DNA of 64,000 nt from Eubacteriales bacterium (GTDB lineage Bacteria; Bacillota; Clostridia; Oscillospirales; CAG-272). Where the stretch lies: the NCBI GenBank assembly GCA_045649925.1, contig JAZRQS010000002.1, positions 1,072-65,071 of the forward strand, given 5' to 3'. Below, piece after piece: positions 9,109-17,717 of this stretch. The notes beneath the pieces were generated by a model that worked only from the letters and a program-made list of their open reading frames with translations, did not search any database and had not been told where the DNA came from. A program made the translations under genes and the position numbers. How positions within the stretch are numbered: the stretch's first letter is position 1; each line of letters begins with the position of its first letter.

Positions 9109-10449
9109 ATGCTCACAGAACTTAAGAAAAAAATACAAAACGGCGGTGTCATAGGCGCAGGCGGAGCAGGCTTCCCCTCCTATGCGAAGATGGCGCCCGG
9201 CGCTGATACGCTTATCGTAAACGGTGCAGAGTGCGAGCCGCTTTTGTATACCGACTACGTTCTTTTGCGTGAGTATATGCAGAGACTTATCGCCGCAATT
9301 ACGATAGTTGCGCGTGAGCTTGGTGTAAAGCAGTCCTTCCTCGCTATGAAAAATCATACGGCGAAAAAGCTGTCACTCGAGGACGGACAGAGACTCGCTG
9401 AGAATATTTACATACGCTCCTTGCCCGATGTTTACCCCATGGGCGACGAGATAATTCTCATATACGAAACGACAAAAAGAATAGTCCCTCCGGGAAAGCT
9501 TCCTATGCACTGCGGAGTTATCGTTTACAACGTCGAAACAGTGCTGAATATAACTAAATGTATCGAGAGCGAAACTCCCGTTGTTGAAAAATGGCTCACA
9601 GTCGGCGGCGATATAGAAAATCCCCGTGTAGTCCGAGTTTCCGTAGGTATAAGAATAAGAGATTTGTTCTCTGTGCTTGGCGTTACAGTAGACGACGACC
9701 ACGTAGTCATTGATGGCGGACCCTCTATGGGTAAGATAGTAAACCACAACACAGGCGTCGTGCTTAAAAACACAAAGGCGTTGCTCGTGCTCCCAAAGAG
9801 CTGTGTCGCAGTTTCCTCAAAAATGGTTTCTCTCGACGCCCAGCTCAGACGAGGCTCGTCTGCCTGTTGTCAGTGTACACGATGCACAGATATGTGCCCT
9901 CGTGCACTCATAGGTTATCCTCTCGCACCTCACAAGCTCGTGCGCGTCGCCTCTGCAGGTGATGCCATAGACCCGTCAGTATATCTCAGTGCGACAATGT
10001 GCTCAAGCTGTGGAATATGCGAAACGGCTGCTTGCTGTCAGGGACTTTCCCCGAAGGATATGATAGCGGCATTAAAGACTGAGCTTGCAAAAAAGAAAAT
10101 GAAATACATCGTAGACGATCCTACCAAGCCCCTTGAGCAGAGAGATTACAGACTTGTTCCAAGCGAGCGCTGGAAGGCGTTGCTCGGGGTAGAGAAGTTT
10201 GACCGTGAGGCTATTCTTTACAACGTAAAGATAATCCCCGACTTTGTAGAAATTCCTATGAAGGGACACATCGGTGCGCCCTCTATCCCCTGTGTAAAGC
10301 CGGGCGACTTCGTCAAATACGGCGACAAGATAGCAGATGCAGCCGACGGACTTTCAGTCCCTCAGCACGCATCAATCGACGGTAGAATTTTCGTCGCAGA
10401 CAACGACAAGATAATCATCGAAAAACAAAACACAAATTTGAGTAAATAA
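9109..10449 (+). CDS. pduS: PduS/RnfC-like flavin Fe-S oxidoreductase
   Basis: GAGGAGFP, NGAECEP, YPMGDE, GGPSMG, CCQCTRCTDMCP and CSSCGIC, C-terminal HIGAP...HASIDG. Confidence 0.9.
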   Translation: MLTELKKKIQNGGVIGAGGAGFPSYAKMAPGADTLIVNGAECEPLLYTDYVLLREYMQRLIAAITIVARELGVKQSFLAMKNHTAKKLSLEDGQRLAENIYIRSLPDVYPMGDEIILIYETTKRIVPPGKLPMHCGVIVYNVETVLNITKCIESETPVVEKWLTVGGDIENPRVVRVSVGIRIRDLFSVLGVTVDDDHVVIDGGPSMGKIVNHNTGVVLKNTKALLVLPKSCVAVSSKMVSLDAQLRRGSSACCQCTRCTDMCPRALIGYPLAPHKLVRVASAGDAIDPSVYLSATMCSSCGICETAACCQGLSPKDMIAALKTELAKKKMKYIVDDPTKPLEQRDYRLVPSERWKALLGVEKFDREAILYNVKIIPDFVEIPMKGHIGAPSIPCVKPGDFVKYGDKIADAADGLSVPQHASIDGRIFVADNDKIIIEKQNTNLSK

Positions 10450-10460
10450 GGATAGAATTT

Positions 10461-11006
10461 ATGTATCAGGCTGTTGGTGTAATAGAAATAAAAAGTATAG
10501 CGAAGGGCATAGAGGCTTGTGACGCGGCGCTCAAGAGCGCAGGCATCAGCCTTGTTTCCGCCCACCCCGCTTGCCCCGGAAAATACGAGATGATACTCAC
10601 AGGCAGTATCTCCGACGTTACCGCCGCCGTTGAGCACGTAAAGGGCAGATACGGAGAAGCACTCGTCGATGAGAGCATAATGGGTAGAATAGACGAGTCC
10701 GTCATAGCCGCTCTCTTTGGTGCTCAGGTCGCAAAGCGCGAGGGCAGTCTTGGTATCATAGAAACGTTTTCGGCAGCCTCCGCAATAAAGGCGTCTGATA
10801 TAGCAGTCAAGACTTCTCGTGTGCAGATATATGACCTCCGCGTCTCTCGTGGAATGGGTGGAAAGGGAATAGTCCTCCTCACAGGAGAGGTAGGAGACGT
10901 CACTGCGGCAGTTGAAGCAGGTGCAGCCCATGCCAAAGCGCAGGGACTTCTCTCACAGATGTCCGTCATAGCCGCTCCCCACGCTGATTTGTGGGAGCAA
11001 ATGTAA
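10461..11006 (+). CDS. pduT: BMC-T shell protein PduT
   Basis: Tandem BMC domains; ACPGKY (Fe-S-binding Cys position); GMGGKG. Confidence 0.9.
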   Translation: MYQAVGVIEIKSIAKGIEACDAALKSAGISLVSAHPACPGKYEMILTGSISDVTAAVEHVKGRYGEALVDESIMGRIDESVIAALFGAQVAKREGSLGIIETFSAASAIKASDIAVKTSRVQIYDLRVSRGMGGKGIVLLTGEVGDVTAAVEAGAAHAKAQGLLSQMSVIAAPHADLWEQM

Positions 11007-11024
11007 GCTTTTAGGAGTAGTTTT

Positions 11025-13553
11025 ATGGAAAACATAAAGTTCGTGATAGAAAAAAGCGAAAGAATAGAAAAGCTCAAGGCTGACCTTTATGCAAAAATGC
11101 CTGAAATAGAGGCAGACAGAGGCGTGCTTGTTACCGAGAGCTATCAGGCGACAGAGGGTATGCCTATCATAAAGCGCCGTAGCGCTGCTTTCGCTCATAT
11201 ACTTAAAAATATTCCGATAGTAATAAGAGATAACGAGCTTATCGTAGGCTCAAACTCTATAGCTCCTCGTGGCTGTCAGGTATTCCCTGAGTACTCGTAT
11301 GAGTGGCTTGAGGCAGAGTTTGACACAGTAGAGCACAGAAGTGCCGACCCCTTCTACATATCGGAAAATACCAAGGAGCGCTTGCGCAAGGTTTACCCCT
11401 ACTGGAAGGGTAAGACCACGAGCGATCTCGCAAAGGCGAATATGGCACCTGAGGCCTATGCCGCATTTACAGTACACAACATATTCACCGTAGGTAACTA
11501 TTTCTACAACGGCGTAGGTCACGTCTGCGTAGACTACAAAAAAGTAGTAAACTACGGATATTCCAAGATAATTCAAGAGGCAAAGGACGCTCTTGCAAAG
11601 CTCGACTGCGGAATGGGAGATTATATCCCGCGCAGTAACTTCCTCTATGCAGTTATAGAAAGCTGTGAGGCAGTTATCGGCTATGCTCATCGCTATGCCG
11701 ACCTCGCTCGCAAGATGGCATCTGAGGAAAAGGACGCTACTCGCAGAGCAGAGCTCTTGCAGATAGCAGAAAACTGCTCACACGTTCCCGAGCATGGCGC
11801 TCGTAACTTCTACGAGGCATGCCAGTCATTCTGGTTTGTACAGCAGCTCTTGCAGATGGAGTCCAGCGGACATTCCATCTCCCCCGGTCGCTTTGACCGT
11901 TATATGTACCCCTTCTACAAGAAGGATAAGGACGAAGGAAAGATTACAGTCGAGTTCGCACAGGAATTGCTTGACTGTATATGGATAAAGCTCAATGACT
12001 TGAACAAGGTGCGTGACGCCGCATCTGCCGAAGGATTTGCAGGCTACGGACTTTTCCAGAACCTCATTGTCGGCGGTCAGGACGAATACGGAAGAGATAC
12101 TACAAACGACCTTTCCTTTATGTGCCTTGAGGCTTCCATGCATGTCAGACTTCCTCAGCCCTCCATCACCATGCGTGTATGGAACGGCACACCTCAGGAT
12201 CTGCTCATCAAGTCGGTTTCCCTCACTCGAGAGGGACTTGGCATTCCCGCATACTACAACGACGAGGTCATCATTCCGTCAATGATGTCGAGAGGCGTAT
12301 CCCTTGAGGATGCAAGAGATTACTGCATCATCGGATGCGTAGAGCCTCAGAAGGCTGCAAAGACAGATGGCTGGCACGATGCGGCATTCTTCAATATGTG
12401 TCGTCCTATGGAGCTCGTTTTCTCAAACGGCTATGACAAGGGCGTGCAGATAGGACTTGCTACAGGCGATGTAACCAAGTTCAAGACCTTTGAGGAGTTC
12501 TTTGATGCGTACAAGGCTCAGCAGGCGTATATGGTAAAGCTTCTTGCAAACGCCGACAACGCCGTCGACTCTGCTCACGCGACACTTTGTCCCTTGCCCT
12601 TCCAGTCCTGTATGGTCGATGACTGTATAGGTAGAGGAAAGAGTATGCAGGAGGGTGGAGCAATATACAATTTCACAGGTCCTCAGGGATTTGGAATTGC
12701 AAATATGACAGACGCTCTCATGGCGATAAAGGAGCTTGTATTTGAGAAAAAGCTCGTCACTATGCAGGAATATAAGGACGCACTTGAGGCGAACTTCGGT
12801 CAGGGCATCAAGGGCGCAAAGGCAGAGGAAATTACAGTGCAGATAGTCACCGCACTCTCAAAGAGTGGAGTTAGCGTGACTGATGCGCAGATAAAGGACA
12901 TATATCGCGAGGTCACCGAAAATGGTGGCGTTAGTGCAGAAAAGAAAAAGAGATACGAGGAAATCCTTTCCCTCATCGGCACAGTTGCCAAGTATGGCAA
13001 CGACATCGAGGAGGCTGACGAAATGGCGAGAGAGGTCGCTTACTCCTACACCAAGCCTGTAGAGAAGTATACCAACTATCGTGGAGGTCAGTTCCAGGCA
13101 GGTCTTTACCCTGTATCTGCAAATGTTCCGCTCGGCGCACAGACAGGTGCGACCCCCGACGGCAGATTGGCATACACCCCCATCGCTGACGGCGTAGGCC
13201 CTGCCGCAAACCGCGATACAAATGGTCCTACAGCTGCGGCAAACTCCGTTTCCAAGCTCGATCACCTCATCGCATCAAACGGAACGCTCTTCAACCAGAA
13301 ATTCCACCCCTCCGCACTCAGCGGAATGGCAGGACTTACAAAGTTCGCATCATACATCAGAGCATTCTTTGACCGCAAGGGTATGCATATGCAGTTCAAT
13401 GTAATCAGCAGAGAGACCCTTCTTGCAGCTCAGAGAGAGCCTGAAAAGTACAAGACGCTCGTTGTCCGTGTTGCAGGCTACAGTGCGCTCTTTACGACAC
13501 TTTCAAAGTCACTTCAGGACGATATTATAAATCGTACTGAGCTTGGCTTCTGA
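11025..13553 (+). CDS. Glycyl radical enzyme, B12-independent 1,2-propanediol dehydratase
   Basis: Cys loop IIGCVEP, Gly loop VRVAGYS, GVGH, SSGHSIS, GWHDAA. GYGLFQN and GLYPVSAN carry the Phe/Val seen in propanediol rather than glycerol dehydratases (recalled, not aligned). Confidence 0.88.
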   Translation: MENIKFVIEKSERIEKLKADLYAKMPEIEADRGVLVTESYQATEGMPIIKRRSAAFAHILKNIPIVIRDNELIVGSNSIAPRGCQVFPEYSYEWLEAEFDTVEHRSADPFYISENTKERLRKVYPYWKGKTTSDLAKANMAPEAYAAFTVHNIFTVGNYFYNGVGHVCVDYKKVVNYGYSKIIQEAKDALAKLDCGMGDYIPRSNFLYAVIESCEAVIGYAHRYADLARKMASEEKDATRRAELLQIAENCSHVPEHGARNFYEACQSFWFVQQLLQMESSGHSISPGRFDRYMYPFYKKDKDEGKITVEFAQELLDCIWIKLNDLNKVRDAASAEGFAGYGLFQNLIVGGQDEYGRDTTNDLSFMCLEASMHVRLPQPSITMRVWNGTPQDLLIKSVSLTREGLGIPAYYNDEVIIPSMMSRGVSLEDARDYCIIGCVEPQKAAKTDGWHDAAFFNMCRPMELVFSNGYDKGVQIGLATGDVTKFKTFEEFFDAYKAQQAYMVKLLANADNAVDSAHATLCPLPFQSCMVDDCIGRGKSMQEGGAIYNFTGPQGFGIANMTDALMAIKELVFEKKLVTMQEYKDALEANFGQGIKGAKAEEITVQIVTALSKSGVSVTDAQIKDIYREVTENGGVSAEKKKRYEEILSLIGTVAKYGNDIEEADEMAREVAYSYTKPVEKYTNYRGGQFQAGLYPVSANVPLGAQTGATPDGRLAYTPIADGVGPAANRDTNGPTAAANSVSKLDHLIASNGTLFNQKFHPSALSGMAGLTKFASYIRAFFDRKGMHMQFNVISRETLLAAQREPEKYKTLVVRVAGYSALFTTLSKSLQDDIINRTELGF

Positions 13554-13608
13554 TAAGTTAGATAAACTCTTACAAATTACGATAAAATCTTATGAAAGGA
13601 AAACCGCT

Positions 13609-14394
13609 ATGAGTTATTACGATACTACTGGTAGAATATTCGATATTCAGCGGTTTTCCGTTCATGACGGTCCGGGAATAAGAACGATAGTTTTCTTAAA
13701 GGGCTGTCGTCTGCGTTGTCGCTGGTGCTGTAATCCCGAGTCACAGGAATGGGATATACAGAAAATGATAATAAACGGTGAGCAAAAAATTGTCGGTGAG
13801 GATACCACAGTCGAGCGGGTAATTGCCGAGGTGGTAAAGGACGAGGCGTTTTACAGACGCTCAGGCGGAGGACTTACGCTTTCAGGTGGTGAGGCAATGT
13901 GCCAGCCCGAATTCGCCATAGACCTCTGCAGAGCAGCACACGATTACGGAATAAGCACCGCCATAGAAACTACGGCGGCAGTTCCGTCTGATGTGGTCGC
14001 GCGAGTCATTCCTCACATAGACTACGTGCTTTTGGATATAAAGCATATGAATTCCGAAAAGCACAAGGCATTTACAGGCAAGAGCAACGAGCAGATACTT
14101 TCAAACGCCCGCTACATCGCTGAAAATGCAAACGACCTCACCATTCGAGTGCCCGTAATTCCGAGCTTCAACGATACTGCAGAGGAGATTTCGGCGATAG
14201 CTAAATTTGCAAACTCGCTCCCCTCTGTCACAAAGCTTCATCTCTTGCCTTATCATCGTCTTGGACAAAACAAGTACGATGGACTTGGCAGAAAATACGA
14301 CTTTGAGAACGTAGCGACAATTCCCGATGAAAAAATGAACTACTTGCTTGACATAGCGCGAGAGAGTGGACTCGTATGTCAAATAGGAGGATAA
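13609..14394 (+). CDS. Glycyl-radical activating enzyme (radical SAM, short form)
   Basis: HDGPGIRT, CRLRCRWCCNPES (CX3CX2C), SGGE; start at ATG 13609 after AAGGA. Confidence 0.93.
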   Translation: MSYYDTTGRIFDIQRFSVHDGPGIRTIVFLKGCRLRCRWCCNPESQEWDIQKMIINGEQKIVGEDTTVERVIAEVVKDEAFYRRSGGGLTLSGGEAMCQPEFAIDLCRAAHDYGISTAIETTAAVPSDVVARVIPHIDYVLLDIKHMNSEKHKAFTGKSNEQILSNARYIAENANDLTIRVPVIPSFNDTAEEISAIAKFANSLPSVTKLHLLPYHRLGQNKYDGLGRKYDFENVATIPDEKMNYLLDIARESGLVCQIGG

Positions 14395-14395
14395 A

Positions 14396-14761
14396 ATGGA
14401 TTTTTCAATGCAGGATAAAATGCGTATAATTCAGGAGCTGGTCCCCGGTAAGCAGATAACGCTTGCCCATGTTATTGCCAACCCTGATAAAACGCTTTAC
14501 TATAAGCTTGGTCTTGACCCTCAGGTCGAGCGTGAAAGAAGCGCTATCGGTATCGTTACCGTCAGCCCTGCCGAAACGGCTGTTATCGGTGCAGATATCG
14601 CAATGAAGGCGTCAGGCGCCGTGGTCGAATTTGTAGACCGCTTTACAGGCACGGTAATTATGACAGGCTCGGTCTCCGAGGTTGAGACCTCAGTCCTTGC
14701 AATTACCGAGTACTGTAAAAACAAGCTCGGCTATACAGTTTGCGACGTTACCAAAACATGA
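14396..14761 (+). CDS. pduU: Permuted BMC shell protein PduU/EutS
   Basis: RIIQELVPGKQITLAHVIANP, AIGI, FVDRFTG. Confidence 0.93.
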   Translation: MDFSMQDKMRIIQELVPGKQITLAHVIANPDKTLYYKLGLDPQVERERSAIGIVTVSPAETAVIGADIAMKASGAVVEFVDRFTGTVIMTGSVSEVETSVLAITEYCKNKLGYTVCDVTKT

Positions 14762-15186
14762 GAAAGCTGATACTTATCGGGCGTGTTGCGGCAGGGAAAA
14801 CCACTCTGACGCAGGCTCTGCTCGGCGAGGAATTGCACTACTTCAAGACGCAGTACGTGCAATACGGGGATATGATAATAGATACTCCGGGCGAATATAC
14901 CGAGCTGCGAAACCTCAGTGGAGCTCTCGCCTTGTACGCCTATGAGGCTGATGTTGTCGGACTTGTGCTCTCGGCGGACGAGCCGTATTCCATCTTCAGT
15001 CCAAACATCACTTGCCTTGTCAATCGCGACGTAGTCGGCATAATTACAGGCGTGGATAAGGAAAGGGCAAACCCTGACAGAGTGGAGCGCTGGCTCCGTC
15101 TTTCAGGCTGTAAAAAAGTATTCCGTGTCAGCTCGTATACGGGTGAGGGAATATCCGACATAATAGATTACCTAAACAGAGAATAA
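14758..15186 (+). CDS. pduV: PduV/EutP small P-loop protein
   Basis: LIGRVAAGKTTLTQAL, YFKTQ, IDTPGEY, VSSYTGEG; ATGA overlap with pduU. Confidence 0.92.
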   Translation: MRKLILIGRVAAGKTTLTQALLGEELHYFKTQYVQYGDMIIDTPGEYTELRNLSGALALYAYEADVVGLVLSADEPYSIFSPNITCLVNRDVVGIITGVDKERANPDRVERWLRLSGCKKVFRVSSYTGEGISDIIDYLNRE

Positions 15187-15206
15187 CATAACTCAAGGAG
15201 TAGCTT

Positions 15207-15998
15207 ATGAGCAAAACAAAGGTCATCTCATTTGCAAATAATAAGGGCGGTAGCGGAAAATCTACCACCTGCTCAAACGTAGCGTACATAATGGCGTCAA
15301 TGGGCAAAAAGGTGTTGCTTGTCGATGGCGATATGCAGATGAATCTTACACTTTCGTTCTTTTCAGAGGACGAGGCGCTGGAGTATGCAAAAAGTGGAAA
15401 AAACCTCTATGCAGCAATAAAGGATGCACGCGACGTTTCTGATTTTATAGTTCCCACCGCATACGAAAACCTCGACATAATCCCCTCGTCTACGCTTATG
15501 AGCTCTATAGAGTTCGACCTCTTTACCAAGTGGCAGAGAGAGTTCATTTTGAAAAAGGGCTTGTCCGCAGTTATCGAGGCAGAGACTTATGACTATGTGC
15601 TTATAGACGCTCCCCCTACGCTCGGTGGCTGGGTTATGAATATCCTCTGTGCGACCGACTATCTCGTCATTCCCGTCGAGGCAAGTCCGTGGGGACTGTT
15701 CGGTCTTGCAAATATGTTTGAGTTCTACTCACAGGTAAAGACAATGTCGCCCACACTTGATTTGCTCGGCATCGTCATTACAAAGGCAGACGAGAGAAAG
15801 AACTACTTCAAGGGTGCAGTTCAGAGTCTGCGAGAGCTTGACGGAGTGCGCCTCTTTGATAGCATAATAAGAGTAGATAGCGCAGTCGAATGGGCGCAGG
15901 ATAATAGCAAGCCCGTCGCCGCGTATAAGAAATCCTCGCGTTCATCACTTGAATATACAGAACTTGCAAAGGAGATAATGAATTATGTCAATAGGTAA
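15207..15998 (+). CDS. ParA/MinD-family ATPase (McdA-like candidate)
   Basis: Deviant Walker A NNKGGSGKST, VDGDMQMN, IDAPP; 20 nt after pduV with its own AAGGAG RBS. Confidence 0.9.
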   Translation: MSKTKVISFANNKGGSGKSTTCSNVAYIMASMGKKVLLVDGDMQMNLTLSFFSEDEALEYAKSGKNLYAAIKDARDVSDFIVPTAYENLDIIPSSTLMSSIEFDLFTKWQREFILKKGLSAVIEAETYDYVLIDAPPTLGGWVMNILCATDYLVIPVEASPWGLFGLANMFEFYSQVKTMSPTLDLLGIVITKADERKNYFKGAVQSLRELDGVRLFDSIIRVDSAVEWAQDNSKPVAAYKKSSRSSLEYTELAKEIMNYVNR

Positions 15999-16329
15999 GA
16001 ATAGCCTCTCAAGAGTATCTGCGGCAGTAAACGCAAGTCCCGCAGAGGAAGTTGTTAAGGAGTTGGTTGCTCCTGTCGCTGAAAAGAAGAGCGAAGCAAA
16101 GAAATCCCCTGCGAAAGCTCCTGCTAAAGCGCCCGCAAAGGCTCCCGCACAGAAAAAAGCGACCACAACAAAGTCAAGCGCAAAGGCTCCTGCAAAGGCT
16201 CCCGCAAAGGCTCCCGCACAGCAGGAAAAGCCTGCAGCTCCCAAAAAGCCTGCACAACCGAAAAAGGTCGCTGCCGCAAAGAAGGGCTATGTTTCCTTCG
16301 GTGACGAGCTTCCTGTACATCTTCTTTGA
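15985..16329 (+). CDS. Small Lys/Ala/Pro-rich disordered protein, putative ParA partner
   Basis: Start overlaps the ATPase stop, AAGGAG RBS; (KAPA)n repeats; C-terminal GYVSFGDELPVHLL. Confidence 0.8.
   Translation: MSIGKNSLSRVSAAVNASPAEEVVKELVAPVAEKKSEAKKSPAKAPAKAPAKAPAQKKATTTKSSAKAPAKAPAKAPAQQEKPAAPKKPAQPKKVAAAKKGYVSFGDELPVHLL
16111..16221 (+). repeat. 12-nt coding tandem repeat (AKAP), in two 42-nt blocks
   Basis: gcgaaagctcctgctaaagcgcccgcaaaggctcccgcacag (16111-16152) vs gcaaaggctcctgcaaaggctcccgcaaaggctcccgcacag (16180-16221). Confidence 0.85.
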
Positions 16330-16341
16330 TTAGATTTAACT

Positions 16342-16371
16342 AAAAGAGCAGATAAAAATCTGCTCTTTTTT
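16342..16371 (+). terminator. Intrinsic terminator closing the BMC operon
   Basis: AAAAGAGCAGAT-AAAA-ATCTGCTCTTTT then T-run. Confidence 0.85.
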
Positions 16372-16449
16372 GTTATTTTCCCTCTTGAAAAAATCGTCGA
16401 AATGTAGTATAATTTATGCAATATTTTAAAAAATGCGGAGGATGTAAAA

Positions 16450-17550
16450 ATGGAAAACACCCAAAAGATTTCATTTTTTGGAAAGTTTAAAGCATTTCTC
16501 AAAAGAAAAGATGTGGATATCTCTCTGAAGAGATACGGAATTGACGCTATGGGTGCTATGGCACTTGGTCTTTTTGGCTCGTTGCTTATCGCCACGATAT
16601 TTAACGCTATAGGCCTTATCCCTGGCTTTTCCTTCTTTGCGACGATAGGTGCATACGGCTCAAAGGCGGCAGGATGCGCTATGGCAGTAGCTATAGCATA
16701 TGCGCTGAAGGCTCCACCTCTCGTTATATATACCTGCGCCCTTGTCGGATTTATAGCAAATGATATGGGAGGAGCAGGCGGTCCTCTTGCAGTTTTGATA
16801 ATCGCCATAATAGCCGCAGAATTCGGTAAAATGGTGTCAAAGGAAACAAAGGTCGACATACTCGTTACACCCTTCGTTACGCTTTTTGTCGGTGGAGTGC
16901 TCTCCGTCTTGCTTGCAGGTCATATAGGCACGCTCGTAGGATATATAAAGGACTTTATCGGCTGGGCAATGCTTCAGCATCCCTTCGTTATGGGTGTTAT
17001 TGTGTCAGTCGTTATAGGTGTCGCCCTTACACTTCCCATCAGCTCTGCCGCTATATGCGCAGCCCTTGTGCTTTCAGGCGCAAACGGTGGTGGCGAGGGA
17101 CTTGCGCTCGCAGGTGGCGCTGCCGTTGCAGGCTGCTGCGCGCAGATGGTCGGCTTTGCCGTAATGAGCTATAAGGAAAACAAGGTAGGCGGACTTATCT
17201 CGCAGGGAATAGGCACGAGTATGCTCCAGATGCCTAACATAGTGAAAAATCCGAGAATATGGATACCCCCCACGCTCGCCTCTGCCATTACAGGACCGAT
17301 AGCAAGCTGTGTGTTTGGACTTAAGATGTACGGCGCGGCTATCAATTCGGGTATGGGCACCTGCGGACTTCTCGGCCCTATAGGAATTATCCTCGGCTGG
17401 TTTGGTGGGGAATACCCTGCATCCGTTAGCGCATTCGACTATATAGGTCTTTTGCTCATCTGCTTCATTCTCCCTGCCGTTATCTCGCTTGTTGTAGGTG
17501 CTCTGCTCCGTAAAATAGGCTGGATAAAGGAAAACGACCTCAAGCTCTGA
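16450..17550 (+). CDS. PTS EIIC-like membrane protein (PfoR/PTS_EIIC_2 family)
   Basis: MGAMALGLFGSLLI, KETKVDILVTP, LPISSAAI, GTSMLQMPNI, SGMGTCG; own TTGAAA-17-TATAAT promoter at 16385-16413. Confidence 0.85.
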   Translation: MENTQKISFFGKFKAFLKRKDVDISLKRYGIDAMGAMALGLFGSLLIATIFNAIGLIPGFSFFATIGAYGSKAAGCAMAVAIAYALKAPPLVIYTCALVGFIANDMGGAGGPLAVLIIAIIAAEFGKMVSKETKVDILVTPFVTLFVGGVLSVLLAGHIGTLVGYIKDFIGWAMLQHPFVMGVIVSVVIGVALTLPISSAAICAALVLSGANGGGEGLALAGGAAVAGCCAQMVGFAVMSYKENKVGGLISQGIGTSMLQMPNIVKNPRIWIPPTLASAITGPIASCVFGLKMYGAAINSGMGTCGLLGPIGIILGWFGGEYPASVSAFDYIGLLLICFILPAVISLVVGALLRKIGWIKENDLKL

Positions 17551-17571
17551 TATTTAATAACATTGATATAG

Positions 17572-17605
17572 AAGTCGGTATCTCATACGAGATACCGACT
17601 TTTTT
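17572..17605 (+). terminator. Intrinsic terminator
   Basis: AAGTCGGTATCTC-ATAC-GAGATACCGACTT + T-run. Confidence 0.85.
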
Positions 17606-17717
17606 GCGTAAATAGGGGAGGTTTAGCGCTATTCACCACCATTTTACACATTGACAAGTCTGTGTTTTTGTGATACAATGTATCTGTATAATTTTGTCTA
17701 TTTTGAGGTCGCATGAT

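Noticed and set aside
11025-13553. Pyruvate formate-lyase, choline TMA-lyase or glycerol dehydratase identity for the GRE
   Set aside because: Single Cys in GCVEP (not the CC of PFL); GYGLFQN and GLYPVSAN plus the aldolase/PduP/PduL context favour propanediol dehydratase.
15207-15998. Chromosomal Soj or plasmid ParA
   Set aside because: No parB, parS or replication-origin genes nearby; DGDMQMN departs from the Soj DxDPQGN motif; the gene is embedded in the BMC operon.
16450-17550. PTS EIIC-like gene as the sugar importer of the BMC locus
   Set aside because: It is separated by a terminator and has its own promoter; this family is widespread without EIIA/EIIB, so no link is supported.
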